Of a stretch of 64,000 nt of DNA, positions 30,010-40,250 are shown one piece after another (positions within the stretch are counted from its first letter, which is position 1; each line of letters opens with the position of its first letter). Under the pieces are notes generated by a model. It was not told the origin of the DNA and made no database searches. It worked only from the letters and a program-made list of their open reading frames with translations. Both the position numbers and the translations under genes were made by a program. Origin of the DNA: Betaproteobacteria bacterium (GTDB lineage Bacteria > Pseudomonadota > Gammaproteobacteria > Burkholderiales > Ga0077523); the NCBI GenBank assembly GCA_025350245.1, contig JANXYG010000007.1, positions 1,615 to 65,614 on the forward strand. Direction: 5' to 3'.

Positions 30010-33000
30010 GTGGCGCAGACGATCCAGTTCGGTACCGAGGGCGACGACAGCATCGCCGTCGGCAGCGTGTTTCTCACCTACGTGGGCCTGGGCGGCAACG
30101 ACACCTACGCGTTGTCCGCCGCGCTCGGGTCTACGGTGCTGGTCGAGCAGGCGGGTGGCGGAATCGATACGGTGATCGCATCCGCCGCTGGCGCGATCAC
30201 GTTGCCGGACTTCATCGAGAACCTCATCCTGACCGGCGCGGCGGTCGATGCGACTGGCAATGTGCTCGACAACCGGATCGTCGGCAACGTCAACGCCAAC
30301 ACCTTCTTCGCCAGCGGCGGCAACGACACGCTGGTCGGTGGCGACGGCGACGACACCTATTTCGTCGATGCCGCGCTCGACCGGATCGAGGAACTCGCAG
30401 GGCCGGGTTCCGGCAACGACCTCGTCAGCACTTCAGTGACTTATCTGCTGCCGGTGAACGTGGAGCAGGGCACGGCAACCGGCGACAGCCGCGTCGACCT
30501 GACCGGCAATGCGAGCGACAACACTCTGACCGGGAGCGATGCCGTCAACCTCCTGTCCGGACGGGATGGAAACGACAGCGTCCTGGGGGGAGGCGGCAAC
30601 GACACCGTCCTGGGCGGGAACGGCAACGACAGTCTGGCCGGGGAAGACGGCAACGATCTGGTCGATGGCGGCAATGGCGACGACATCGTCGGGGGAGGGG
30701 CAGGCAACGACACCCTGATCGGTGGCGCGGGCAACGACGAGCTTCGCGGCGGCCTCGGCATCAATACCCTCATCGGTGGCAGCGGCAACGACACCTATTT
30801 CGTGACCCTCGCTGCGCTCGGATTCGACACCATCGTCGAAGCGGCCGGTGGCGGCATCGACACCCTGGTCAGCGACGTTCTTACCACGCTGCCGACCAAC
30901 GTCGAGAACCTCACCTACACCGGCGCGGCCGGTTTCACGATCGCCGGCAACGCGCTGAACAACCGGCTCATTGCCGGGGGTGATGTCGCGCGCGTGGCCA
31001 ACGACCTGATCGAGGGCTTTGCCGGCAACGACTGGATCGATGGCCGGGAGGGCGCCGACACCATGCGCGGTGGCGCCGGCAACGACGTCATGGTCGTGGA
31101 CAATATCGGCGATGTCGTGGTCGAGAAGGCGAACGAGGGTACCGATCTGGTCTACACCTCGTTGGCCGACACCACGCTATCGGACAACGTCGAGAACCTC
31201 AGCTTATTGGCAGGCACCGCGGCGCGGACAGGACGCGGCAATGCGCTCGCCAACGTCATCACCGGCAACACCGACGACAACTATCTGACCGGCGGCGCGG
31301 GTAACGACAGCCTGATCGGCAGTGGCGGCGCCGACAGCCTGTTCGGCGGCGCGGGCGATGATACCTATGTGATCGGCAACCCCACCTCGAGTGGGCAAGT
31401 GACGTCCCGCGTGTTCGAGAACAGCGATCCGGGCAGCGGTATCGACACCATCCGGATCGAGCAGTCGACCACCAACTTCACCATGCCCGATAACGTGGAG
31501 CGCGTGGTTGCGCTGCTGGCTGAGCGCGTCACCGGCAACCGGTCGGGCAACACCATCGAGGCCGGGAGCGGCGACAACGTCATCGATGGCGGGCACGGCA
31601 CCGACACGATGATCGGTGGCGATGGCAACGACTACTTTCGGGTGGACGCGAGCAATGTCGGCGGCGCCGCGGGTGACGTGGTCGTCGAACTCGCGAACGG
31701 CGGGTTCGACACGGTCGAAACGAAAGTCACGTTCACCCTGCCGGTCAACGTGGAGCAGATGTTCCTGCTCGCCGGTGCCGGTGCCCTGAATGGCACCGGC
31801 AACGCGCTCGACAACACGATCGGCGGCAATGCCAGCGCCAATACGCTGTCCGGCCTTGCTGGCAACGACCTCCTGTTAGGTGATCGCGGCAACGACATTC
31901 TGTTGGGCGGCGCCGGCAACGACACGCTCGACGGCGGTGGCGGCGATGACAACATGCAGGGCGGTATCGGTGATGATGAATATCGCGTCGATTCGCTCAA
32001 CGATATCGTCAACGAGGGGGTGAACGGCGGAAGCGACCTGATCCTGTCGACGATCTCGATCAATTTGCAGAACTATGCGCATGTCGAGTCGGCAATGCTA
32101 CTTGCCGGGAGCCGCGGCCTGACGCTGAGCGGCAGCGCCGCGGGCAACACACTGACCGGTAACGAGCGCAACAACTCGATCACCGGTCTTGGGGGCGACG
32201 ATGTGCTTCGGGGCGGCGCCGGGAACGATACGCTGATAGGTGGCGCCGGCAACGATACCTACTATGTGGATGCGACCGACGGGGATGGTGCTGGCGGCTT
32301 GGCCGACCAGGACACGTTGACCGAAATCACATTGGAAGGCACGGACACGGTCGTGTCGACCGGCACCTGGACCCTGGCCGACAATTTCGAGAACCTGATC
32401 CTCGGCCCCAGCAGCGATCAGGTGACCGGCAATTTCAGCGGAACCGGCAACGCGGCCAACAACCGTATCCAGGGCAACAACCTCAACAACGCGTTGAACG
32501 GTGCGGCCGGCAACGACACCCTGGTCGGCGGTGCGGGCGACGACAGCTACACCGTGGACGCTGTGGGCGACGTGGTTACCGAGACGGCGAACAACGGTAC
32601 CGATCACGTCACGCTGGCGAGTGCGGCGGTCGCGGCGAACTACCTGTTGCCGGCCAATGTCGAGAACGTCGACATGGCCTTCGGCGCATCGGCGCGCATC
32701 ACCGGCAACGCCCTGGCGAACACCATCACCGGCAACGCGCAGAACGACATCATCGACGGCCGCGAGGGCGATGACACGCTCACCGGCAATGCGGGCAACG
32801 ACACGCTGACCGGAGGCCTCGGTAACGACTCGATCGACGGGGGTGCCGGGCTCGATCTGATGACCGGTGGTGCGGGGGACGATACCTTCGTGGTGAGCAC
32901 CGGCGATGGCGCCTTCGGCGGCGGTCAGACGGCGCTGGAGGATCGCGTGATCGAAGCCGCCGGTGGTGGCACCGACCTCGTGGTGCTTGCCAACGCGGGT

Positions 33001-34896
33001 GCCGGCTACGCATTGCCGGATCAGGTCGAGAATCTCGACGTGAGCGTGGCGCTGGCCGACGGTTTCACCCTCTTCGCCAACGTTTTGGCCAACACCATCC
33101 GGATGGAAAGCATCGCCGGCGCGTCCAGCGTGTTTGCCGAGGGCGGCGACGACGTGGTCGATCTCGGTGACGTCGCCACCGGCGCATCGCTCACGCTGCG
33201 CGGCGGCCTCGGCGAAGATCGACTGTCGTTCACCGCCTCTGGCGCCACCGGTACGATCGACATGAACGGCTTCGAGACGGCGCGGATCGAGACCGGGATC
33301 CAGACCGTGTTCGGCGGAGCATCCGCGATCACCGGCCTGCGCGAGCTGACGGTCGTCGGCGTTGGCGATCTGACGTTGCCCGGATCACTCTCCACCAACT
33401 ATATCCTCGACGGCTACGGCGGCACGTTGACGCTTGCCGTGGCGGACGCCACACCCGGCACCGACACCATTCACCTGCGCGTCGTCGACACCACCGGCGC
33501 GTCGATCGGCGGCATGGAGGGGGTCGAACGCGTCATGATCGACAGTGCCACGGCGCAGGGAAGCATCACCAACCTGCTGACGGTGTTTCCGCTGGACGCA
33601 ACCCCCGGCCGAGTGTTCGAGGTCGGCGGTGCGGCGCCGCTGCTGCTTGCGGGTCTGGCCGACAACGCCCGGGTCGAACTCTCGGGCTATAGCAGCAACG
33701 CGTTCGACTTCACCATGGACGACGACGCGGGTGTCGATCGCCTCGGCATCGCGCTCGACGGATTCAACGGGACGATCGGTGCCGATCTCGGCAGCGGCCC
33801 GGACGAATTGACGTTGTCGAGTGGCGTAGCGGGGCTGCCGAATGCGCCGTCGGAGGTCCGATTCACGGGGCTGTTTTCGGATGATCAACTGGTGCTCACC
33901 GGGGCCGGCAATCTGACCGTGATCGATTCGGTGGCACAGCAGATCGTCATCCAGAATTACACCGGCGATCTCCAGTTCGATCCCGATGCGTTCGGCCAGT
34001 CGATCATCGTAAACGCCACAGCAGCAGGGCAAGGTTCACTGGCGCTCTTCGGCACCATCGGCAACGACACCTTCGACATGGGCAACACGCTCGATGGCAG
34101 CGACGTGATCGGCGGTCTTGCCGGCAACGACACCCTCACGGCGAACATCACCGGGCTCGTCGCCGGTACCACGGGACGCCTCAACATCCAGGTGGAGAAT
34201 GTCTTTTTCACCATCGACGCCGGGAGTACCACTACCTCGCTCGACATGGACAGCGTGGTGTCATTCCCGACACCGTCGACGTTCGCTGTGACTGGCGGCG
34301 GGGGCGGCGTTGGCAGTGTCAATACCCTCGACGTCCAGAACGCCTCCGACAACTGGAACTTCAACGGGTACACCGGCACGTTGACGTTTTCGAGCCGCAG
34401 CGACATAGCGGCAACCGTCACCGGCACCGGTGGCAACGACTCGTTCACCGGGCGCGATGCCGCCGACAGCTTCTCGGGCGGGGGTGGCAACGACACCCTC
34501 TCCGGTGGCCTGGGCAACGACACGCTGACCGGTGGCGCCGGCGCCGACATCTTCGTGCTCGGCGATCTGTTCACGTTCTCCGGCGATCCGCAGGCGCCGA
34601 ACATCGACACCATCACCGATTTCGATGCGGCAGACATTCTGCAACTTAAAGGTGATTCGCTCGATTCGCTCTTCGGCAATCTGCCGAAAGATGTGCTGGG
34701 GGTGCAAGCTCCAGGTGCTTTCTTCGCTGCTCCGGGTGCAACCACCGCCGCCGCCGCCGATGACCGCGTCATCTACAACACGACCAACGGCAACCTGTAC
34801 TACGACGTCGATGGCATCGGCGGCGTGGCGTCGATACAGATCGCCACACTCACGGGTGCGCCAGCACTGACGGCGGCGGATATCGTGGTGACGTAG
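30010..34896 (+). CDS. giant RTX-type calcium-binding repeat protein, predicted T1SS substrate, paralog 3
   Basis: 1628 aa from a GTG start. Same architecture; C-terminus GGAGADIFVL...ITDFDAADILQLKGD...NLYYDVDGIGGVASIQIA...LTAADIVVT. Confidence 0.85.
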   Translation: MAQTIQFGTEGDDSIAVGSVFLTYVGLGGNDTYALSAALGSTVLVEQAGGGIDTVIASAAGAITLPDFIENLILTGAAVDATGNVLDNRIVGNVNANTFFASGGNDTLVGGDGDDTYFVDAALDRIEELAGPGSGNDLVSTSVTYLLPVNVEQGTATGDSRVDLTGNASDNTLTGSDAVNLLSGRDGNDSVLGGGGNDTVLGGNGNDSLAGEDGNDLVDGGNGDDIVGGGAGNDTLIGGAGNDELRGGLGINTLIGGSGNDTYFVTLAALGFDTIVEAAGGGIDTLVSDVLTTLPTNVENLTYTGAAGFTIAGNALNNRLIAGGDVARVANDLIEGFAGNDWIDGREGADTMRGGAGNDVMVVDNIGDVVVEKANEGTDLVYTSLADTTLSDNVENLSLLAGTAARTGRGNALANVITGNTDDNYLTGGAGNDSLIGSGGADSLFGGAGDDTYVIGNPTSSGQVTSRVFENSDPGSGIDTIRIEQSTTNFTMPDNVERVVALLAERVTGNRSGNTIEAGSGDNVIDGGHGTDTMIGGDGNDYFRVDASNVGGAAGDVVVELANGGFDTVETKVTFTLPVNVEQMFLLAGAGALNGTGNALDNTIGGNASANTLSGLAGNDLLLGDRGNDILLGGAGNDTLDGGGGDDNMQGGIGDDEYRVDSLNDIVNEGVNGGSDLILSTISINLQNYAHVESAMLLAGSRGLTLSGSAAGNTLTGNERNNSITGLGGDDVLRGGAGNDTLIGGAGNDTYYVDATDGDGAGGLADQDTLTEITLEGTDTVVSTGTWTLADNFENLILGPSSDQVTGNFSGTGNAANNRIQGNNLNNALNGAAGNDTLVGGAGDDSYTVDAVGDVVTETANNGTDHVTLASAAVAANYLLPANVENVDMAFGASARITGNALANTITGNAQNDIIDGREGDDTLTGNAGNDTLTGGLGNDSIDGGAGLDLMTGGAGDDTFVVSTGDGAFGGGQTALEDRVIEAAGGGTDLVVLANAGAGYALPDQVENLDVSVALADGFTLFANVLANTIRMESIAGASSVFAEGGDDVVDLGDVATGASLTLRGGLGEDRLSFTASGATGTIDMNGFETARIETGIQTVFGGASAITGLRELTVVGVGDLTLPGSLSTNYILDGYGGTLTLAVADATPGTDTIHLRVVDTTGASIGGMEGVERVMIDSATAQGSITNLLTVFPLDATPGRVFEVGGAAPLLLAGLADNARVELSGYSSNAFDFTMDDDAGVDRLGIALDGFNGTIGADLGSGPDELTLSSGVAGLPNAPSEVRFTGLFSDDQLVLTGAGNLTVIDSVAQQIVIQNYTGDLQFDPDAFGQSIIVNATAAGQGSLALFGTIGNDTFDMGNTLDGSDVIGGLAGNDTLTANITGLVAGTTGRLNIQVENVFFTIDAGSTTTSLDMDSVVSFPTPSTFAVTGGGGGVGSVNTLDVQNASDNWNFNGYTGTLTFSSRSDIAATVTGTGGNDSFTGRDAADSFSGGGGNDTLSGGLGNDTLTGGAGADIFVLGDLFTFSGDPQAPNIDTITDFDAADILQLKGDSLDSLFGNLPKDVLGVQAPGAFFAAPGATTAAAADDRVIYNTTNGNLYYDVDGIGGVASIQIATLTGAPALTAADIVVT

Positions 34897-34942
34897 CCTG
34901 AGCAATGCAGTTATGCAGGCCTGACCCCATCAAGATAAAGAC

Positions 34943-35617
34943 CTACGTCTCCGCCCACAACCGCACCAGGTTGTGATAAATCGCGGTCAGCGTCGCCAGT
35001 TCTGGTGCGTCTGGTTCGCGCTTGCGCAGGCCGATGATGGCGAGGTCGAGTTCGAACAACAGCTTTCGCTGCTCGGCGCCGCGCACCAGGCTTTGCACCC
35101 AGAACACAGCGGCGTGGCGCACGCCGCGAGTGACCGCCGTCACTTGGTGCAAGGTGGTCGACGGATAGATGAACGCGCTGCCGGCGACGAGCTTCACGCG
35201 GTGATAGCCATGCAGGGCGTCGCGCATTTCCAGTTCGCCGCCGTCGTAGCTGTCGGGCGGTGACAGGAACAACGTCAGCGATACATCCGAGCGCAACGGG
35301 GTGCCGGCGGCCATGATGGCGTTGTCGACGTGAGCGCCGTAGCTCATGCCAGTCTGGTATTCGTTCACCAGTGCCGGGGAGATGTGGCGGGGCAGGGTGG
35401 CGGAATAGAACATCGCGCTGGCGTCGAGCGCCCGGCGGACGATGGCCTGCAGGCGTTCGGCTTCGGGCGAGCCGGTGCGCATCTGGCGGTTGTCCTTCAC
35501 CGGCCGGGCCTGGACGCCGGCGGTGGCCCGCCCATCGTCGAAAACGACTGCCGGCAGGAGCCGCCCGATCTCGGCGAGGGCGTCGGCGGTCAGGACGTTG
35601 GCGATCTCGAGCAACAC
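34943..35617 (-). CDS. ybiX: Fe(II)/2-oxoglutarate-dependent PKHD-type hydroxylase (YbiX/PiuC family)
   Basis: 224 aa. YQTGMSYGAHVDNA...GGEL...H motif pattern and size match the YbiX/PiuC family. Confidence 0.82.
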   Translation of the reverse strand: MLLEIANVLTADALAEIGRLLPAVVFDDGRATAGVQARPVKDNRQMRTGSPEAERLQAIVRRALDASAMFYSATLPRHISPALVNEYQTGMSYGAHVDNAIMAAGTPLRSDVSLTLFLSPPDSYDGGELEMRDALHGYHRVKLVAGSAFIYPSTTLHQVTAVTRGVRHAAVFWVQSLVRGAEQRKLLFELDLAIIGLRKREPDAPELATLTAIYHNLVRLWAET

Positions 35618-35666
35618 GACAAGGCTCCAGAATGGTAGTCAGGTCGAGTAGCATACGCACCCTCTC

Positions 35667-37574
35667 ATGCCCCTGCTAACCCTCGACGCCGTCAGCCACG
35701 CCTACGGCCACGTCCCCCTGCTCGATCACGCCGACCTCGTGATCGATCCCGGCCATCGGCTTGGGCTGATCGGTCGCAACGGCACCGGCAAGTCGACCCT
35801 GATGCGGGTGCTGAGCGGCGAACTGATTCCCGATGACGGCAAGGTGTGGCGCTCACCAGGCCTCAGGGTGGCGCTGGTGCTCCAGGAACCCGAGCTGCGC
35901 GAAACCGACACCGTGTTCGAGGCCGTTGCCGACGGGTTGGGGGAGGTGAGTGCGGCCATCGTCGACTACCACCATGTGGTGGCCAGCCTGTCAGATGCCG
36001 CCACCGATGCCGATGCAGCCCTGACTCACCTGTCCGAGTTGCAAGCCGTGCTCGAAGCGGGTGATGGCTGGCGAGCCAAGTCCCGGGTGGATGCCACGCT
36101 GTCGAAGTTGTCGCTCGACGCCGAGCGCACCATCGGCACCTTGTCGGGCGGCCTGCGCAAGCGTGTGGCGCTCGCGCGGGCCATGGTGGCCGAGCCCGAT
36201 CTGCTGCTGCTCGACGAGCCCACCAACCATCTCGACATCGATTCCATCCAATGGCTCGAAGAGGCGCTCGACAGCTTCCCGGGGGCGCTGCTGGTGGTCA
36301 CGCACGACCGGCGCTTTCTCGACCGGGTGACGAAGCAGATTCTCGAACTCGATCGCGGCCACTTGACGTCGTTCGACGGCAATTTCAGCGAATACCGTCG
36401 GCGCAAGGACGAGATGCTGGCCGCCGAAGCGGTCATGCAGGAAAAGTTCGACAAGGTGCTGGCGCAGGAGGAGGTCTGGATCCGCAAGGGCATCGAGGCG
36501 CGCCGCACCCGCAACGAAGGCCGGGTGCGGCGGCTGGAGTCGCTGCGCATCGAGCGCTCGCGCCGGCGTGATCAGTCCGGCCAGGTGAAGCTGGAGATCG
36601 ACGCGGGAGAGCGCTCGGGCAAGGTGGTGGCCGAGTTCTTCGACGTGGTCAAGAAGTACGACGGCCGCCCCATCATCGGCGGCTTCTCGATGCGCCTGCT
36701 GCGCGGTGATCGCATCGGGCTGGTTGGGCCCAACGGCGCCGGCAAGAGCACGTTCATCAAGCTGCTGCTGGGCGAGATCGAGCCCGACGGCGGCAGCATC
36801 AAGCGCGGCACCAAGCTTGAGGTGGCCTACTACGATCAGTTTCGCGAGCAGCTCGATCCCGAGGCGTCGGTCGTGGACGTGATCAGCCCGGGCTCCGACT
36901 GGGTGCAGATTGGCACCCAGCGCCGGCATGTGATGAGCTACCTCGGCGACTTTCTGTTTGCTCCCGAACGCGCGCGCTCGCCGGTGAAGTCGCTGAGCGG
37001 CGGTGAGCGCAACCGGCTGCTGATGGCGCGGTTGTTCGCCCGGCCGGCCAATCTGCTGGTGCTGGACGAGCCGACCAACGACCTGGATGTCGACACTCTC
37101 GAACTGCTGGAAGAGCTGATCGACAACTACGACGGTACGGTGTTGCTGGTGAGCCACGACCGGGCGTTTCTCGACAATGTGGTCACGCAAGTCATCGCCT
37201 TCGAGGGCAACGGCAAGCTGACCGAGTATGTCGGCGGCTACCAAGACTGGGTACGGCAGCGCCCGTCCGACGGCGCCACCGCGACTGGCCCGAAGGACAA
37301 GGGCGACAAGGGCGATCGGCCGTTGCGGCAGCGGCCCGCCAAGGCGACGCTGTCGTTCAAGGAGATCAAGGAGATCGAAGGTTTGCCGACCCGCATCGAG
37401 CAGTTCGAAGCGGAGCAGGCCAGCTTGTCGGGGTTGCTGGCCTCGGGAGAGCTATACCGGACCGATCCGGCCGGTGCCAAGCTGGCCGGGGAGAAATTCG
37501 TGGCCGTCGAGAAGGCGCTCGCCGTGGCCTATGAGCGCTGGCAGTTGCTCGAAGAAAAGCAGAAGGGCGCCTGA
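35667..37574 (+). CDS. uup: ABC-F family ATPase Uup
   Basis: 635 aa with tandem ABC domains (GRNGTGKST, GPNGAGKST). The C-terminal coiled-coil tail and the length match Uup. Confidence 0.88.
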   Translation: MPLLTLDAVSHAYGHVPLLDHADLVIDPGHRLGLIGRNGTGKSTLMRVLSGELIPDDGKVWRSPGLRVALVLQEPELRETDTVFEAVADGLGEVSAAIVDYHHVVASLSDAATDADAALTHLSELQAVLEAGDGWRAKSRVDATLSKLSLDAERTIGTLSGGLRKRVALARAMVAEPDLLLLDEPTNHLDIDSIQWLEEALDSFPGALLVVTHDRRFLDRVTKQILELDRGHLTSFDGNFSEYRRRKDEMLAAEAVMQEKFDKVLAQEEVWIRKGIEARRTRNEGRVRRLESLRIERSRRRDQSGQVKLEIDAGERSGKVVAEFFDVVKKYDGRPIIGGFSMRLLRGDRIGLVGPNGAGKSTFIKLLLGEIEPDGGSIKRGTKLEVAYYDQFREQLDPEASVVDVISPGSDWVQIGTQRRHVMSYLGDFLFAPERARSPVKSLSGGERNRLLMARLFARPANLLVLDEPTNDLDVDTLELLEELIDNYDGTVLLVSHDRAFLDNVVTQVIAFEGNGKLTEYVGGYQDWVRQRPSDGATATGPKDKGDKGDRPLRQRPAKATLSFKEIKEIEGLPTRIEQFEAEQASLSGLLASGELYRTDPAGAKLAGEKFVAVEKALAVAYERWQLLEEKQKGA

Positions 37575-37576
37575 TT

Positions 37577-37704
37577 GCGCAGCGCAGCCTGGGGGTGCCG
37601 AACGAAGGGATCCTTGAAACGGAGGGGCAGCGCCCACAGGGTCCCCCGAGGACGCTGCGCCCCCTTCGAGGGGGAAGGCGAAGCGCAGCGCAGCCTGGGG
37701 GTGG
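37577..37704. repeat. REP/MITE-like intergenic repeat (copy A), internally palindromic
   Basis: The core 37617-37704 is the reverse complement of 43753-43840 with 3 mismatches in 88 nt (hand alignment). GCGCAGCGCAGCCTGGGGGTG occurs at both 37577-37597 and 37683-37703. It contains the CCCCCTTCGAGGGGG palindrome. Confidence 0.75.
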
Positions 37705-37857
37705 GCGTCAAAATGTGCCCAAGTGGAGATTGGGCTTTGTGAATCGCCTTCGCTTGGGTAGACTGCGAAGCGTACTGAAAGGTGGCGCAATCGTCACCCT
37801 CAGGGCGGAAACCGGCCACCGGTTGCTGCGCCCACACACTTTTGCCGTCGGCCTGCC

Positions 37858-39303
37858 TTGCGGTCGCCGTGCCACAGCGGAGAAATCACCCTGACACAGT
37901 TTTCAGATCTCGGCCTTGCGGACGAACTCCTTCGTGCCGTTTCCGAAGAAGGCTACACCGAACCGACGCCGATCCAGGCCAAGGCCATTCCCGCCATCCT
38001 GCTCGGACAAGACGTCATGGGCGCCGCGCAAACCGGCACCGGCAAGACGGCGGGGTTCACGTTGCCGTTGCTGCAGCGGCTCAAGCCGCACGCCAACACC
38101 AGCACCTCGCCGGCGCGCCATCCGGTACGCGCACTCATCCTGACACCCACGCGCGAGCTTGCCGCCCAGGTGCACGACAGCGTCAAGACCTACGGCAAAT
38201 ACCTGACATTGCGCAACGCCGTGGTCTACGGCGGCGTCAACATCGACCCCCAGATCAAGGAGCTGCGGGCCGGCGTCGAGATCCTCGTCGCCACGCCCGG
38301 CCGATTGCTCGATCACGTCCAGCAGCGCACGGTCAATCTCGGCCAGGTCGAGTTCCTGGTGCTCGACGAGGCCGATCGCATGCTCGACATGGGCTTCATG
38401 CCCGACATCAAGCGCATCATGGCGTTGCTGCCCAAGCGGCGGCAGAGCCTGCTGTTCTCGGCTACGTTTTCCGACGAGATCCGCCGGCTGGCCGACGGTC
38501 TGCTCAACCAGCCGGTGCTGCTCGAAGTCGCCCGGCGCAATGCCGTCACCGAAACCGTCACCCACGAGATGTACCGGTGCACCGAAAGCCGCAAGCGCGA
38601 CCTCCTGGCGCGTCTGGTTCAAGAGCGCAACCTGCGCCAGGTGCTGGTGTTCGTCCGTACCCGGTTCGGCGCGAATCGTCTGGCCCACCAACTGGTGCGC
38701 GACGGCATCGACGCCACCGCCATCCACTCCGACCGCACGCAGCAGGAGCGCATGGAAGCCCTGGCCGCCTTCAAGGAAGGCAAGGTCAGGGTGCTGGTTG
38801 CCACCGACATCGCCGCCCGCGGTCTCGACATCGACCATCTGCCTTGCGTCATCAATTTCGAATTGCCGCATACCCCGGAAGACTACGTGCATCGCATCGG
38901 TCGCACCGGGCGTGCAGGCTTGTCGGGTGAGGCCATTTCGCTGGTCTGCGAGCAGGAGCGCGAACACCTCGAGCGCATCGAGAAGCTGCTCAAGGCCAAG
39001 ATCGAGGAAAAGACGCTCGCCGGCTTCGACGGCAGTGCCCGTGCCGAAGCCGCCCCCGAGCGCGAAGCCCGCCGCGGCGCGCCGGGCTCGGCCGCACCCC
39101 GGCGCGAACGAGAGCGCGAACGGGCACCGGCCGCTCGCCCGGCACGCACGGCAACCCCGAAAGATCCGCTGTTCAACCAGCCCTACGAGCCCTCGCAGCC
39201 CCAATCCGCGGCACCCGTTGCCCTGGTGCAGCGCCAGGGCGGCCCCAAACGCCAGGTTGCCGCACTCTTCCTGCCACCGGTCGCGGTGGAACAGGAAGGC
39301 TGA
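37858..39303 (+). CDS. rhlE: DEAD-box ATP-dependent RNA helicase (RhlE-like) with basic C-terminal tail
   Basis: FSDLGL...[14 protein letters not shown] (Q motif), [25 protein letters not shown]. The exact start is uncertain (TTG 37858, or a downstream non-ATG codon near 37891). Confidence 0.88.
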   Translation: MRSPCHSGEITLTQFSDLGLADELLRAVSEEGYTEPTPIQAKAIPAILLGQDVMGAAQTGTGKTAGFTLPLLQRLKPHANTSTSPARHPVRALILTPTRELAAQVHDSVKTYGKYLTLRNAVVYGGVNIDPQIKELRAGVEILVATPGRLLDHVQQRTVNLGQVEFLVLDEADRMLDMGFMPDIKRIMALLPKRRQSLLFSATFSDEIRRLADGLLNQPVLLEVARRNAVTETVTHEMYRCTESRKRDLLARLVQERNLRQVLVFVRTRFGANRLAHQLVRDGIDATAIHSDRTQQERMEALAAFKEGKVRVLVATDIAARGLDIDHLPCVINFELPHTPEDYVHRIGRTGRAGLSGEAISLVCEQEREHLERIEKLLKAKIEEKTLAGFDGSARAEAAPEREARRGAPGSAAPRRERERERAPAARPARTATPKDPLFNQPYEPSQPQSAAPVALVQRQGGPKRQVAALFLPPVAVEQEG

Positions 39304-39329
39304 ACCTGACAGGCTGCTAGTCGCCGGGC

Positions 39330-40169
39330 ATGGATTTGCAGATTCCGCCACGCCTGCGGGCCTTGCTCGACGGCCCCGAAGAGGCGGTATGTCTCGCCGA
39401 AGCGGCACTGCTGGTGGCTGCCGGCGAATACCGTGATCTCGACGTCACCGACTATCTCGGCCGTCTCCAGACCTATGCCGATGCGGTGTGCGCCCGGCTC
39501 GAACCCGATGCCGCCACCGAAGAACGACTGTCGGCCCTGAACCAGTATCTGTTCCAGGAACTCGGGTTCGGCCCGGATGCCGACAACTTCTACGACCCGC
39601 GCAACAGTTTCCTCAACGAAGTGCTCGAGCGTCGTCGTGGCATCCCCATCAGCCTGTCCATCGTCTACATCGCGGTCGGGCGCCGGCTCGGCCTCGACCT
39701 GAAGGGGGTCTCGTTTCCGGGGCATTTCCTGGTCAAATGCCAAGTCGACGGCGGCGTGGTCGTGCTCGACCCCTATCACGGGGGCGCGTCGCTCTCGCTC
39801 GAAGATCTGCAGCAGCGCCTGCGCGAGGCGCGCGGCGGCGAGGTGTCGCGCGCCATCGTCTCCGAGATGCTGGTCGCGGCGGCACCGCGCGAAATTCTGC
39901 TGCGGATGCTGCGCAACCTCAAGGGCATCTACTTCAAACAGTCGCTGTGGCCGGCCGCGCTCTGGGTGCTCGAATGGATCGTCGGCGTCGGGCCACACCA
40001 GGCCGAGGAGATTCGCGATCGCGGCATCGTGTACGAGGCCCTGGAGTGCTGGCGCCCGGCGGCCGCCGACTACGAGCGGTATCTCGCGTTGTCGCCCAAG
40101 ACCGCCGATGCCGACACCGTGCGCGAACGCGCGGTCGAGATGCGCAAGCGCATCGCCCGCCTCAACTGA
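39330..40169 (+). CDS. SirB1/YchA-like transglutaminase-like + TPR protein (UPF0162 family)
   Basis: 279 aa. RRRGIPISLSIVYIAVGRRLGLDLKGVSFPGHFLVK is the characteristic motif of this family (from memory). Confidence 0.7.
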   Translation: MDLQIPPRLRALLDGPEEAVCLAEAALLVAAGEYRDLDVTDYLGRLQTYADAVCARLEPDAATEERLSALNQYLFQELGFGPDADNFYDPRNSFLNEVLERRRGIPISLSIVYIAVGRRLGLDLKGVSFPGHFLVKCQVDGGVVVLDPYHGGASLSLEDLQQRLREARGGEVSRAIVSEMLVAAAPREILLRMLRNLKGIYFKQSLWPAALWVLEWIVGVGPHQAEEIRDRGIVYEALECWRPAAADYERYLALSPKTADADTVRERAVEMRKRIARLN

Positions 40170-40250
40170 TGCCGCTCGCTCGCTGCTTGCCGCGGGTCGC
40201 TGCGGCAAGCGCCCCGTTCACGCTCGTGCCGACGCACCGGAGGCTCCGCC

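Noticed and set aside
35618-35666. Possible Fur box in the ybiX-uup divergent region (YbiX/PiuC genes are often iron-regulated).
   Set aside because: No GATAATGATAATCATTATC-like sequence is present in the 49-bp spacer.
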